A DNA stretch of 60,487 nucleotides from Flavobacteriales bacterium (GTDB lineage: Bacteria; Bacteroidota; Bacteroidia; NS11-12g; UBA955). The number at the start of each line of letters is the position of its first letter. Position 1 is the first letter of the stretch. Both the position numbers and the translations under genes were made by a program. Below the pieces are notes generated by a model that worked only from the letters and a program-made list of their open reading frames with translations, ran no database searches and was not told the DNA's origin. The stretch spans positions 1 to 60,487 of the forward strand of contig CANKVM010000002.1 in assembly GCA_947487175.1 (NCBI GenBank), in the 5' to 3' direction. Shown piece after piece: positions 1 to 9,959 of this stretch.

Positions 1-1291
1 CGCCATCACCAACTGCCAATTTCAATTGTCTAAAGTTGAAACGAATCTCTTTTGCTCCACATGGGAAGATTTTAAAGTAATCAATTGATGTTTTTCTGTT
101 ATTACCATAGTTTGCATCCTTACCACCGTTGTCGTAAATGATACCACCTTGGTTGGTTGCTATTTTGCTTGGACCCATGAAAAATTCTCCAGGGGGTATA
201 CATTCTACATATTTTGATTTACACACTTTGGAACTTGGACCAATGCTGTTTGATGATGTTAAACATACATCCCACCATCCCTCTTGTGAAAATTGTACTG
301 TTGGATTTTGCGTATAATATAAATTCTTAGATAATCCATCTGGAGATATTACCTCCCAAGTCCAAGCAGTCGGCCCATTGTTTGAAAGATCAGATAATTG
401 AGTACCATACCAAATCTCTACTTGGTTAGATGCCGCAATAAAGTCAGCTACTGGTGCAGATGTTGGGTTTTCGATTTTTACCGCTTTGGTAACTGAATCT
501 GCCAATCCACAATAAGATTGTTTTAATTTTACGTCGTAATAACCCGTTGCATTCCAACTCGCTTTTCCCTTGGTACCTGAACCAACAATGGTATTACCAC
601 TGGTAAACGTCCATGTTTGGTTATAAGCACTACTTGTGGTAGTTGAGTTAAAGTTGATTGGGGTTTTTACAAAGTTTGGTCCTGTTGGTACTGTAAAATC
701 AGCAACTGGAGCACTTACTGGTTTGATATTTACCTCAAAGTCTAAGATATTACCATAAGTTGCAAGGTTGCCACAACCTTGAGAAGGCGTAAATGTATAG
801 TAAGAACATCTTACACGCATAATTACCTTACCACCTTTTACAGCAACACATGGCAATGTCAATGTTTTGGTTACCGAACTGTTTGTTGGAATGGAACCGA
901 ATGGTGAAGCAGCTGTTGAAATACACTCGGATGCTGTGAAAGTGTTATCGCCATTCATGTCAATCCATACTCCACAATAATCACTGTACGTTGCGTTATT
1001 GTCGATGGTCATTGAAATTTTTTCACCTGGTATCAAATCCATTACGGCTCCTGAAGTCATCAAATTGTTAGATGATCCATTACCTCCTATACTTGAACAG
1101 TTCATACCAGTAACACCAAAAGTTGTACCCGCCGAGTTTTTAAATGACACGCCAGTAAAATATCCACCCGTAGGGCAAACATAACTATTGGTTGCAGAAC
1201 AAATTTGGGCCTCCAAAGGATTGACCCAAGCTAGCAAGCAATACAAAATTGCCGGCAGTTTTAGGAATTTTATTAGTTTTATTATTTTCAT
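1..1291 (-). CDS. Secreted PKD-repeat surface protein, N-terminal part (3' end runs off the window edge), with a GEVED-like Cys-rich N-domain
   Basis: Absent from the ORF track because it is edge-truncated. The minus frame is open from ATG 1291 down to nt 2. Translation starts MKIIKLIKFLKLPAILYCLLAWVNPLEAQ (signal peptide). A Cys-rich domain follows, ending ..ATYGNILDFEVNIKP (GEVED-like), then PKD-like repeats (TAWTWEVISPDG..). Confidence 0.75.
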   Translation of the reverse strand, partial: MKIIKLIKFLKLPAILYCLLAWVNPLEAQICSATNSYVCPTGGYFTGVSFKNSAGTTFGVTGMNCSSIGGNGSSNNLMTSGAVMDLIPGEKISMTIDNNATYSDYCGVWIDMNGDNTFTASECISTAASPFGSIPTNSSVTKTLTLPCVAVKGGKVIMRVRCSYYTFTPSQGCGNLATYGNILDFEVNIKPVSAPVADFTVPTGPNFVKTPINFNSTTTSSAYNQTWTFTSGNTIVGSGTKGKASWNATGYYDVKLKQSYCGLADSVTKAVKIENPTSAPVADFIAASNQVEIWYGTQLSDLSNNGPTAWTWEVISPDGLSKNLYYTQNPTVQFSQEGWWDVCLTSSNSIGPSSKVCKSKYVECIPPGEFFMGPSKIATNQGGIIYDNGGKDANYGNNRKTSIDYFKIFPCGAKEIRFNFRQLKLAVGDG

Positions 1292-1679
1292 AGTAAATAG
1301 TCTTTTAATAAAAAGAGAAAGTATCAATCCGCAAATAAAAGCCATGATAATCAATTCAGACACTAATAATTTTTATAGTCTGCAGGCAGAATTTTTCATG
1401 CAAAAACTATGGCTAAAGAATTGTTTAGTAATTGAAAATGCTAATTCCAACCGGTTATTATTTACAAATTATTTATTCTTTGTATTTGACTAAAAAAATA
1501 GTCACAATAATGCATTTTGAATTCAAATAATGGCTTGCATCAATTTTAATTGCAACATTGAAATTGAAATTTTTTTGAGTAAAAAACGATTAAATTTCAT
1601 TACTCATTTTTTGTCACAAAAATGTAAAAGTTTAAAACCTCTCTACTTGAGAATTGAGAGCAAACAAACTAAAAATACA

Positions 1680-2351
1680 TTAAAGAGGCCCAATAAGAAC
1701 ATTGTTAAAGTCAGATGCTGACCTCCAAACATCAATGATGTATTCAATGAAACCTGATTCGAATGATTTTTCCGGCTCAAACGAATGCGCTACATAAAAT
1801 TGTTTATTAAAAATCAATGGTTGTTTTGCTGCGGATTCTTTTAATGATGAGTCGATAATTTTATTTTTACTACCCAAAACTTCGCCAAAGTATTTAATAA
1901 AATTTGGTTTGTGAATGGCCTTGTCAAAATCTTGTAAATTATTTGATATGTTATTTCTAAACTTCAACAAATCCTCCTTTTCAGGCATATAAACTCCCGA
2001 ATAAATACCACAACTTTCTGCACCCAATTCAATATACATACCACCTGGCCACATCTTTTTTCTGCCACCAATATGCAATGAAGCAGAACAATGCAGTTTA
2101 TAAGGCGATTTATCTTTGGAAAATCGAATGTCTTTGTTAATTCTAAATAAACAATCTTTGGCAGTCAAGTCTTGATATCCTTTATCAAATTCTGACATAC
2201 ATACCAGTAAGTCAGAAATAAAATCAATAAAGGGTTGCTTTACTTCATTTTCATATCTTTTTCTATTCTCATCGAACCAAGACTTTTGATTATTTAATGA
2301 TAACTCTAGAAAAAACTCATAAAAGGAAATATCAAAATATTGCTTTGACAT
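1680..2351 (-). CDS. DUF2461 (TIGR02453) family protein
   Basis: 223-aa ORF. N-terminus FYEFFLELSLNNQKSWFDENRKRYENEVKQPF and RINKDIRFSKDKSPYK are typical of the DUF2461 family. ATG lies 4 nt after the stop of the upstream giant gene. Confidence 0.8.
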   Translation of the reverse strand: MSKQYFDISFYEFFLELSLNNQKSWFDENRKRYENEVKQPFIDFISDLLVCMSEFDKGYQDLTAKDCLFRINKDIRFSKDKSPYKLHCSASLHIGGRKKMWPGGMYIELGAESCGIYSGVYMPEKEDLLKFRNNISNNLQDFDKAIHKPNFIKYFGEVLGSKNKIIDSSLKESAAKQPLIFNKQFYVAHSFEPEKSFESGFIEYIIDVWRSASDFNNVLIGPL

Positions 2352-2354
2352 AAA

Positions 2355-5300
2355 TTATTTCCTGCTATTTCCAATGAATATTTGACTCGTAAATTGCTTG
2401 CCATAAATTTCATAAGAAATTACATATATTCCACTCGAAAATTGAGATATATCAAAACGATGTACATTATTCAAATTATCTGATTCAACTAAATCAACCA
2501 TTGCTCCAATTGCATTAACTAGTTTTACTTTTTGAATTTCTAACCCATTTGGAACAGAAATATTCAAACTTGAAACGGCAGGATTAGGAAAAATAGAAAC
2601 CCCATAAAGATTAGATTGATCTACGGAGGCCCTATCCATCACGATTTGTTTAGATTTAAAACAAACACAACCACCGTCGCGCGTTTTGGCATTCATTGAG
2701 GCAGAATATGAGCCATCACCAGATAGATTAAAATAAACAGCTGCATTTACATCTTTTGAGGCCTTATTACCCAGTCCAACTATATTCCAACTATAATCAA
2801 TATTATTTTGTCCACCAATACTTGAGTTGTTAACCATAGGCTCCAATTTGGCTCCATAAAAAGACGAAACATAATCAGGTGTAAAATTAAAATCGCAGGT
2901 TCTTGGCAATTCATAAATATTAATTTGTTTCACAAGGGTTGCACTACAACCGCCAATAATTTTTGCAATTAAAGTAATATTAAATGTTTTATTTTGAAAG
3001 ACACTATATATGTGGAATGGTCTATCCAATTTTGAGGAATCATTATCACCAAAATCCCAATCATATTCTAAATTTCCTAAGCCAGTTGATCGGTTATCTA
3101 AGAAAATGGTATCATTTGAACATTTGTCTTGAAAAATAAAATTGGGAGTTGGTTCGTCTAACACCTCAATGTCTTTTGACGATTTAACAACGCAACCATT
3201 ATCTAAGGTTACGGTTAGCGAAATATTTCTTTTTCCGGTTGTTGGCCATTTGTGACTTACATTGTCTGATGTGCTTGTATTTCCGTCAGAAAAATCCCAA
3301 AGAATATTTGCAACAGTGCCATTAACAGCAGGTGTGGTATTTGAAAAATCAGTTTTACTAATGGCACAAAACTGGGTATTTGTAAAGCTAACCTTAGGAG
3401 ATTCTTTGATGCCAATTTTTTTGGTAATGGAATCTTTACAGCCAAATTCTGATAAAATAATCAATTTGATATTTTTTGTTCCTGCAGCCGAAAAAGTATA
3501 TGTCGGATTTTTATCTACACTCGTTTTACCATTGTCGTCAAAATTCCAAGTGGAACCAAAATTACTCCCCCCGGCAGTTGTATTATTTAAAAATACTATT
3601 TTTTCATAATCGCAATTTCCTGATTGTTTGGTGAAATCCGGAATTGGTTTGTCAAATACAATAATTTTCTGTGTACCAGATGAAATACAACCTCCATTAT
3701 TGGCAGATAATTTAACTGAATAGGTAGCAGCTTTTGAATACTGCATTACAAACGAATTTTTATTATTAACTACTGAACCATTTCCATCGCCAAAATCCCA
3801 ACTCATTGTTGAAGTACTTGGCGTTGTATTGTTAGTTATGCGCAAATCATTACCAATACAAGCATTTTCTTTGGTGAATGACACAGTAGGCCGTGTATTC
3901 ACAACAACGCTATACGATTTTGTAAACACAAAATAATTTGGAGAGGAAATCGCTTTGAATGAAACATTGAATGTCCCTCCAGTTAAAAATACAAACGATG
4001 GCTCAACGCTATTTACAGTATCGGCAGCATTCCCAGTTCCAAAATTCCAAGTATAATTTAAATAACCTGATTTTAATGATGAGTTATTTTTAAAATTAGC
4101 TGTATCACCCGAACAAAGTTTAGAAGCATAAGTAAAATTGAATCTAGGCGAAGGCGAAATATAAATCAAACGTTTGTATGTGGTATCGCAACCCGTATTT
4201 ACGTCAACAACATTCACTTTAATATAGATAAAACTATCTTCTAAAGTTGAATCGGTTGTGGTAAACTTTACTTCTAAATCTGATGATGCTGTTGGCACCG
4301 TTAATGTTGCTCCTGAAATTGATTTTCCACCTTTGGTTTGGGCTTGAACACTGGCATACCAATTCTTTGGTGAAGTAGATCCGTAAGAGGTATTTGAATA
4401 CAATCTTGGTGCTTTCAAATCATAATAAATTGGAGTACCATTAATTGTGATATCGAAACTACTACCATATTGATAAATTGCAGTATTTGGACTGGTTACT
4501 TTTGAAGAAGCAAACATACCCGTGCCACCTGGAGAAGCAGTAATTGTGGCGGAATACTTTAGTGTGTCATTTGTAGTATTGTCATCACCTAAATCAATAT
4601 ATACTTTTATGTCATTTTTACCAGCATACATAAAAAGCATAGGTACTGTAAATGTGATTTTTTGGGAATCATTTGGCAATATTTTCTGCGTAACCTTTTG
4701 TCGAGTAACCTTCCCATTAACTGAGTAAGCCACAAAAAAGTTATAGGCGGTATCAACAAAATTATTTTTTACGTAAATAGAAAAGGCTTTTTCGGCACCT
4801 GCACAAATTTTTCCTGTAACATTCAAATCAGATTTCACCAATTTTAAATCCATAAAATTCTCAAAAGAACCTCTGTCACTATTTTTGTTGTTTCTATTTA
4901 CAGCAACTACATCAATATCATTTCCCTTGACATAAGGGACATTATTTTGGGTTTCAAAACAATTTGAACGAAAATCATTTTTAGCCACATCAACAAAAAC
5001 AGGATTTACAAAACTTTCTCCAGGACCAACATCGCTGCTCGATTTCCAACCATTAAAATTAGAAAAACTACTGGTACCTAAATTCCAAGATTGGCTGGTA
5101 CTAAAACTAATATTGAATGAATTATTGTTGCATAATTTGATGGCAGTAGTAGAATAAAGGAAAGCCGGTGTTCCATTGCCAGCACCTTTCATATCTAAAA
5201 TATTACCTGTAAATGTTATAGAAGATTCATCTTCAACATAAAAACCATAGGTATTCAGGTTTGCATTATTTTCTCTGGTATAAATGGTATTTAAACGAAT

Positions 5301-6815
5301 ATCTAAAGTTAATCCCGTCTTGTAGTTCACATTCCAAATTGAAAAATTATCTGTATTCGAATTGTTGTTGGCGAACAAGTTCGACTTAAATGATAAATTG
5401 TCTAACGCATATAGAAATGTTCCATAAAATGAACTGGAAGAAGCAATTGCATTATTATTAGTGATTGAATTTCTATCAATTAAGAAATTTCCGTCATACA
5501 ATACAGCAAATCCATACATTTCTACTGCTGCTACAACAGAATCAATAACATTCGATTGAATTACATTTACGCTATTTGATTTACAACCCACCGAAATAAA
5601 ATAATATGGAACTAAACTTCCAGAAAGTAATGAACCAAAATCACATTTTCTCACCTTATTTCCAATTGCGTTTAAATCTGAACAACTGGTAGCATAAACC
5701 ACTGTTGAAGTCCCATTTAATCCATTAATATTATAAAATTCATTTTGTTTGATTGAAATCAACTCTGAATAATCAATAGCCATTCCATTAAAATAGCTAG
5801 CGAAAGAAAGCGAACTAAATTTATTCAATTCAATGGTGACCGGATAATTTGATGTACCATAAGTATTTGAAATTTCTATGCCTGTTAATCCTGCCAAATA
5901 GTTGCCTGAATTCGCAGGTGAAGCCCCTTTATATGGCAAATCATGAATGGTATTTTTACCTATATAATTGCTTCTGTTTGTTGAATATCCCTCATGAAAA
6001 TAAAATATTTTCATCATGCTATCTACACCTGAATTACTCGTAGCTGATTCACGAGAAATATCATTGCTAATAATTTGATCACCATTAATGTATTTCAAGT
6101 AAAATGCACAGCTATAATAATTTTTTATACTGTTTCCAACAAAAGTATTATCTGTGGCAACTGAACTATAATAACTTGAACCTTGTTGATCTATTATTCC
6201 ATAAGCCGGACCAGATGCTTTGGTTGAACTTGTTTTAAAAATGCAATCCTTAATTGTATTTCGCATTCCATTGTGCGTAGTTGAAGTGGTTTTGATTGCC
6301 GAGTTACTTGACGCAAAAGAAACGTAAGCACCAGTAGGAACAGATGAACTGCTCATACCTGAGAAATCAATGGTACATCCATCAATCACATTGTCGTTTG
6401 CGGCTCCTGAAAATCGAATACCTTGCACCATTGCATTTGACCCAGAATGTAATAAATATAAACTTTTAATTTTTACGTAATCAGCACCATTCAACCAAAT
6501 CATTTCATAGGTTGGAGAGCCACTTAACGTTTTGGAATTTCCGTTGATGGTTAAGGTATTGGTTGAAGTTGTGGGATTGGTTGAATTCTGAGTTAATTGC
6601 ATTGTTGCAGTAATACTCAAATTGGACATAACCGTAACATTCACAGCTCCGCTTACACCATTATTGTTAAATGCTGTTGCAAAATCAGCCCAAGTAGCAT
6701 AATTCGTACTTGAAGTGGTTCCACCAATTGTATAATTTCCTGAAAGTTGACCAAAAACTGGAAAACTAGCAACAAATCCAAAACCAGCAAGAATATAATT
6801 TTTGATATTTTTCAT
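2355..6815 (-). CDS. Giant secreted surface protein: parallel beta-helix-like region, PKD repeats and a T9SS type A C-terminal sorting domain
   Basis: 1486 aa with signal peptide MKNIKNYILAGFGFVASFPVFGQ. Long N/S/T-rich beta-helix-like region. At least 5 PKD repeats (WNFGTGN, WDFGDGN, WNFDDNG, WDFSDGN, WDFGDND). C-terminus VSIFPNPAVSSLNISVP..GIYVISYEIYGKQFTSQIFI matches a Por/T9SS CTD. Confidence 0.9.
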   Translation of the reverse strand: MKNIKNYILAGFGFVASFPVFGQLSGNYTIGGTTSSTNYATWADFATAFNNNGVSGAVNVTVMSNLSITATMQLTQNSTNPTTSTNTLTINGNSKTLSGSPTYEMIWLNGADYVKIKSLYLLHSGSNAMVQGIRFSGAANDNVIDGCTIDFSGMSSSSVPTGAYVSFASSNSAIKTTSTTHNGMRNTIKDCIFKTSSTKASGPAYGIIDQQGSSYYSSVATDNTFVGNSIKNYYSCAFYLKYINGDQIISNDISRESATSNSGVDSMMKIFYFHEGYSTNRSNYIGKNTIHDLPYKGASPANSGNYLAGLTGIEISNTYGTSNYPVTIELNKFSSLSFASYFNGMAIDYSELISIKQNEFYNINGLNGTSTVVYATSCSDLNAIGNKVRKCDFGSLLSGSLVPYYFISVGCKSNSVNVIQSNVIDSVVAAVEMYGFAVLYDGNFLIDRNSITNNNAIASSSSFYGTFLYALDNLSFKSNLFANNNSNTDNFSIWNVNYKTGLTLDIRLNTIYTRENNANLNTYGFYVEDESSITFTGNILDMKGAGNGTPAFLYSTTAIKLCNNNSFNISFSTSQSWNLGTSSFSNFNGWKSSSDVGPGESFVNPVFVDVAKNDFRSNCFETQNNVPYVKGNDIDVVAVNRNNKNSDRGSFENFMDLKLVKSDLNVTGKICAGAEKAFSIYVKNNFVDTAYNFFVAYSVNGKVTRQKVTQKILPNDSQKITFTVPMLFMYAGKNDIKVYIDLGDDNTTNDTLKYSATITASPGGTGMFASSKVTSPNTAIYQYGSSFDITINGTPIYYDLKAPRLYSNTSYGSTSPKNWYASVQAQTKGGKSISGATLTVPTASSDLEVKFTTTDSTLEDSFIYIKVNVVDVNTGCDTTYKRLIYISPSPRFNFTYASKLCSGDTANFKNNSSLKSGYLNYTWNFGTGNAADTVNSVEPSFVFLTGGTFNVSFKAISSPNYFVFTKSYSVVVNTRPTVSFTKENACIGNDLRITNNTTPSTSTMSWDFGDGNGSVVNNKNSFVMQYSKAATYSVKLSANNGGCISSGTQKIIVFDKPIPDFTKQSGNCDYEKIVFLNNTTAGGSNFGSTWNFDDNGKTSVDKNPTYTFSAAGTKNIKLIILSEFGCKDSITKKIGIKESPKVSFTNTQFCAISKTDFSNTTPAVNGTVANILWDFSDGNTSTSDNVSHKWPTTGKRNISLTVTLDNGCVVKSSKDIEVLDEPTPNFIFQDKCSNDTIFLDNRSTGLGNLEYDWDFGDNDSSKLDRPFHIYSVFQNKTFNITLIAKIIGGCSATLVKQINIYELPRTCDFNFTPDYVSSFYGAKLEPMVNNSSIGGQNNIDYSWNIVGLGNKASKDVNAAVYFNLSGDGSYSASMNAKTRDGGCVCFKSKQIVMDRASVDQSNLYGVSIFPNPAVSSLNISVPNGLEIQKVKLVNAIGAMVDLVESDNLNNVHRFDISQFSSGIYVISYEIYGKQFTSQIFIGNSRK

Positions 6816-6828
6816 AATTTGGAATAAA

Positions 6829-6836
6829 CAAATTTA
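6829..6836 (-). promoter_or_regulatory. Candidate -7 box TAAATTTG for the 1486-aa T9SS cargo gene
   Basis: Exact TAnnTTTG on the minus strand, 13 nt upstream of ATG 6815. Confidence 0.35.
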
Positions 6837-6884
6837 TGAAAAAAGAAGTGAAGTAGTTAAATAGTTGAGATTTGAATTAAAAAT

Positions 6885-6900
6885 GTATTGTTTTCAATAC
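6885..6900 (-). terminator. Weak hairpin terminator after the MscS gene
   Basis: GTATTG-TTTT-CAATAC hairpin 4 nt past the stop, followed on the minus strand by ATTTTTAATT. Only a 6-bp AT-rich stem. Confidence 0.3.
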
Positions 6901-6904
6901 AATT

Positions 6905-8206
6905 TTAATCGTTCACCAAATCAATTTCACCTTCTAGAACGCCAGTAAATTCACTGCTTGGACTTTCAAACATTTCCAGTTCAAAATCGCGAACCGCAGA
7001 AAAAACATGATCGAAAATATCTGCCTGAACATCTTCAAAGTTTGCCCACTGTTTGTCGTATGTAAAACAATAAATTTCTATGGGCAACCCTTTATCTGTT
7101 GGCGCCAATTGTCGAACAACGTGCGCCATATCCTTGTTTACTTTGCTTAACGACTCGAGATATAAATTCAAATAAACCCTAAACAAACCCAAATTGGTAA
7201 AATTTCTGTGGTTTTCTTTCAAACTTTTATCAACTTTAAGCTTTTTATTATGTTCATTTATTTCTGGTAATTTTTCATCAATATAGGAAGTAATCAGGTT
7301 GATTTTTCTGAATTTTTCGAGCATTTTTTCATTGCAAAAATTAATACTCGAAATTTTAATAAACACGGCTCTTTTAATTCTTCTTCCTCCTGATTCTTCC
7401 ATACCTCTCCAATTTTTAAATGACTCCGTAGTAAAAGCAGTTGTTGGTATTGTGGTATTGGTATTATCCCAGTTTTTTATCTTTACGGTCGACAAATTGA
7501 TATCTGTTACCAAGCCATCGGCACCATATTTTGAAAACTCAACCCAATCGCCATTTCTCAATAAATCATTACTTGAAATTTGGATTGAAGCGGCAAAACC
7601 CATTAATATATTTTTAAAAGCCAATGCCAAAACTGCCGACATTGCTCCAACGGCAGTAAACAATGCCCAAAGTGGCTTGCCAGATAAAATAGAGATAATA
7701 ATTAATACCCCTAAAATATTGAGAAGGATACCAAATAATTGCACAAAAGAAGCAACGGGCTTGTCTTTTAATGAATCAATTTCCAAAAGAATAATTTTCA
7801 GGGCTTTTAAAGTGCTTTGAAGGAAGATAAGCACAACTATTACCATGGTTAATTCAATCAAGATGTGCGCATATGGCCGAACGTTTGGAAACTCAGTTAA
7901 AACTAGGGGCAAAGTAATTTTTGTAAAAATCGCAGGAATTAAATGGCCTAAGTGTTTGAAAATCTTCTTTTCAACCAGAATATCCAAAAACTTACTTTGT
8001 TTGTTGTTGGCATATTGCTTAACAACCGCGAGTATGGCTTTTCTTGAAATCCAATCAATTAAAACAACCAAAACTCCCAAAAGTACAATCAATATAACCA
8101 ATTTAACTGTTAAAGCCGATGCTCTCGACACACCTGCCTTTACAATCAAATCCATGACCCAGCTTGCAAATTTTTCCTGCAAACTGAAAGTTTTATTCAT
8201 ATCCAT
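6905..8206 (-). CDS. Mechanosensitive ion channel (MscS family) protein
   Basis: 433 aa with several N-terminal TM helices. MscS beta-domain motif NGDWVEFSKYGADGLVTDINLSTVKIKNWDNTNTTIPTTAF. Alternative ATG at 8200. Confidence 0.9.
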   Translation of the reverse strand: MDMNKTFSLQEKFASWVMDLIVKAGVSRASALTVKLVILIVLLGVLVVLIDWISRKAILAVVKQYANNKQSKFLDILVEKKIFKHLGHLIPAIFTKITLPLVLTEFPNVRPYAHILIELTMVIVVLIFLQSTLKALKIILLEIDSLKDKPVASFVQLFGILLNILGVLIIISILSGKPLWALFTAVGAMSAVLALAFKNILMGFAASIQISSNDLLRNGDWVEFSKYGADGLVTDINLSTVKIKNWDNTNTTIPTTAFTTESFKNWRGMEESGGRRIKRAVFIKISSINFCNEKMLEKFRKINLITSYIDEKLPEINEHNKKLKVDKSLKENHRNFTNLGLFRVYLNLYLESLSKVNKDMAHVVRQLAPTDKGLPIEIYCFTYDKQWANFEDVQADIFDHVFSAVRDFELEMFESPSSEFTGVLEGEIDLVND

Positions 8207-8210
8207 ATTA

Positions 8211-8218
8211 CAAAATTA
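8211..8218 (-). promoter_or_regulatory. Candidate -7 box TAATTTTG for the MscS gene
   Basis: Exact TAnnTTTG on the minus strand, 4 nt from ATG 8206 (10 nt from ATG 8200). Confidence 0.35.
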
Positions 8219-8293
8219 AGTGCAGTTTGCATATTTTCAACTATGAAAATAAACCATTTTGTAATTTTCAACGTTCTTATAGTTGTCAAATAT

Positions 8294-8301
8294 TATCTTT
8301 G
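8294..8301 (+). promoter_or_regulatory. Candidate -7 box TATCTTTG for the S41 peptidase gene
   Basis: Exact TAnnTTTG 5 nt upstream of ATG 8307. It lies downstream of the TTG 8283 used by the ORF track, which argues for the 8307 start. Confidence 0.35.
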
Positions 8302-8306
8302 AATCA

Positions 8307-9959
8307 ATGACAATTAAAATACCCAAATGGCTAATTCTGTGTATCGTAGCTTTTTTTCTGAGTTCGGGCTCCAGATTGGTGAATGATTTATTTGAATTTT
8401 CTAAAAATCTTGAAATTTTTTCTGCAGTTTACAAAGAAGTTGGTGATAAATATGTAGATGAAGTTCCACCAGGAAAATTAGCAAAAACTGCCATTTCGGC
8501 AATGCTTGCAAGCCTAGATCCTTATACCGTTTTTTTTAGCGAATACCAAGCCGAAGAAGCACTCATAGAACGTCAAGGAGAATATGGTGGAGTTGGTTGC
8601 AGGGTTATTTACAGAGATAAATTCCCGGTAATTTCTGAAATTATAGAAGGATATGCTTTTGATAAAGCAGATATTAGAATTGGTGACATTATTACCCAAG
8701 TTGGCCCAGCAAACAATCTGCAATCTACTGAAAATGCGAACCAGGAATTTATTTTTGAACAATTTAGAGGAGCTCCAGAATCTCAATTCACCGTTTTAAT
8801 AAAGAGAGGGAATGAATCTCTAACCAAGAATATTGTTCGTACAAATGTCAAAACTAAAAGTGTTCCATATGCAGGTATGATTTCAAACAATATTGGCTAT
8901 ATTAAATTGGACGAATTTGGACAACAATGTTCAAATGAAATAGAAATAGAATTAAAAAAATTGCAAAGTAGCCATGATTTAAAAGGCTTGGTGCTCGATT
9001 TAAGAAATAATGGTGGGGGACTTTTAAACGAAGCCGTAAACATAGTTGGATTGTTTGTAGGCGAGAATAAACTAGTAGTTTCTTTGAAAGGCAAAAATCA
9101 GGAGGGACCAAAAAAATGGATCACTTCATCACCAGCGGTAGCGCCTAATTTGCCACTTGTGGTATTGGTAAACAAAAACTCCGCTTCGGCTTCTGAAGTT
9201 GTTAGTGGAAGTTTACAAGACATGGATAGGGCCGTAATTGTAGGCCAAACAAGCTTTGGCAAAGGATTGGTGCAGAATTACTCAACACTTCCTTATCGAA
9301 CACAAATGAAAATCACCACTGCTCGCTACTATACCCCAAGTGGCCGATGCATTCAGAAACTCCAATATGACGACAAAGATGAATTTGGCAAAGCATCTGT
9401 AAAGTCCAATGAACAAAAGAAAATTTTCAAAACCAAAAATGGAAGAATTGTATACGATGCCGGTGGAATTGACCCCGACGTTTTCCTTCCTTTATTCGAT
9501 GGAGCGCAATTGATTCAATGGTTAGAGAAAGAATTTTTTATTTTCGATTGGTCAAACAAATACATGCAATCTCACCCTGAGTATTTAAAAAATCCCGAAT
9601 CAATTCAATCGAATTTCACTCAATACCAAAGCGATTTTGAACAATTTATTTCAACAAAGGGTCCCAAAATAATGCAAAAAAATTGGCAAAATCATTTGAG
9701 AAAACAAGGTGCAGATACCTTTTGGACGCAGCAAATGGGGTTGTATACAATTGACGAAAAAAAACTAACTAATTTTTTATCTACAGGACTTACTTCAAAC
9801 AAAAATCCAATTGCAACGCAGTTACAATTGGCCCTATATAAAAGATGCTTCAAAGCGGAAAAGTATTTCTATAATTCATTAAAAATTGACAAAGAAATTG
9901 GGCATTGCATTGACATATTAATTGCTCCTGAAAGAATAAAAATGATTTTAAAGCAATGA
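8307..9959 (+). CDS. S41 family C-terminal processing peptidase (PDZ-containing)
   Basis: Motifs GLVLDLRNNGGGLL and NKNSASASEVVSGSLQDMDRAVIVGQTSFGKGLVQ. N-terminal signal anchor MTIKIPKWLILCIVAFFLSS. The ORF track starts at TTG 8283; ATG 8307 is preferred. Confidence 0.88.
   Translation: MTIKIPKWLILCIVAFFLSSGSRLVNDLFEFSKNLEIFSAVYKEVGDKYVDEVPPGKLAKTAISAMLASLDPYTVFFSEYQAEEALIERQGEYGGVGCRVIYRDKFPVISEIIEGYAFDKADIRIGDIITQVGPANNLQSTENANQEFIFEQFRGAPESQFTVLIKRGNESLTKNIVRTNVKTKSVPYAGMISNNIGYIKLDEFGQQCSNEIEIELKKLQSSHDLKGLVLDLRNNGGGLLNEAVNIVGLFVGENKLVVSLKGKNQEGPKKWITSSPAVAPNLPLVVLVNKNSASASEVVSGSLQDMDRAVIVGQTSFGKGLVQNYSTLPYRTQMKITTARYYTPSGRCIQKLQYDDKDEFGKASVKSNEQKKIFKTKNGRIVYDAGGIDPDVFLPLFDGAQLIQWLEKEFFIFDWSNKYMQSHPEYLKNPESIQSNFTQYQSDFEQFISTKGPKIMQKNWQNHLRKQGADTFWTQQMGLYTIDEKKLTNFLSTGLTSNKNPIATQLQLALYKRCFKAEKYFYNSLKIDKEIGHCIDILIAPERIKMILKQ

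Noticed and set aside
1188-1721. ORFs 1188-1493 (101 aa) and 1530-1721 (63 aa) in the 388-bp spacer upstream of the edge-truncated surface-protein gene
   Set aside because: The first overlaps the true minus-strand gene start (ATG 1291), and the second overlaps the DUF2461 3' end. Both are I/F/N/K-rich translations of AT-rich non-coding DNA. The 6-bp hairpin at 1487-1504 (TGACTA-A6-TAGTCA) is too weak to call, and I found no flanking inverted repeats suggesting an invertible promoter.
7299-8219. Two long plus-strand ORFs (173 aa and 124 aa) antisense to the MscS gene
   Set aside because: They lie entirely within a well-supported MscS CDS on the other strand. Their sequences are low-complexity with no motifs, and they are typical shadow ORFs in the complementary frame.
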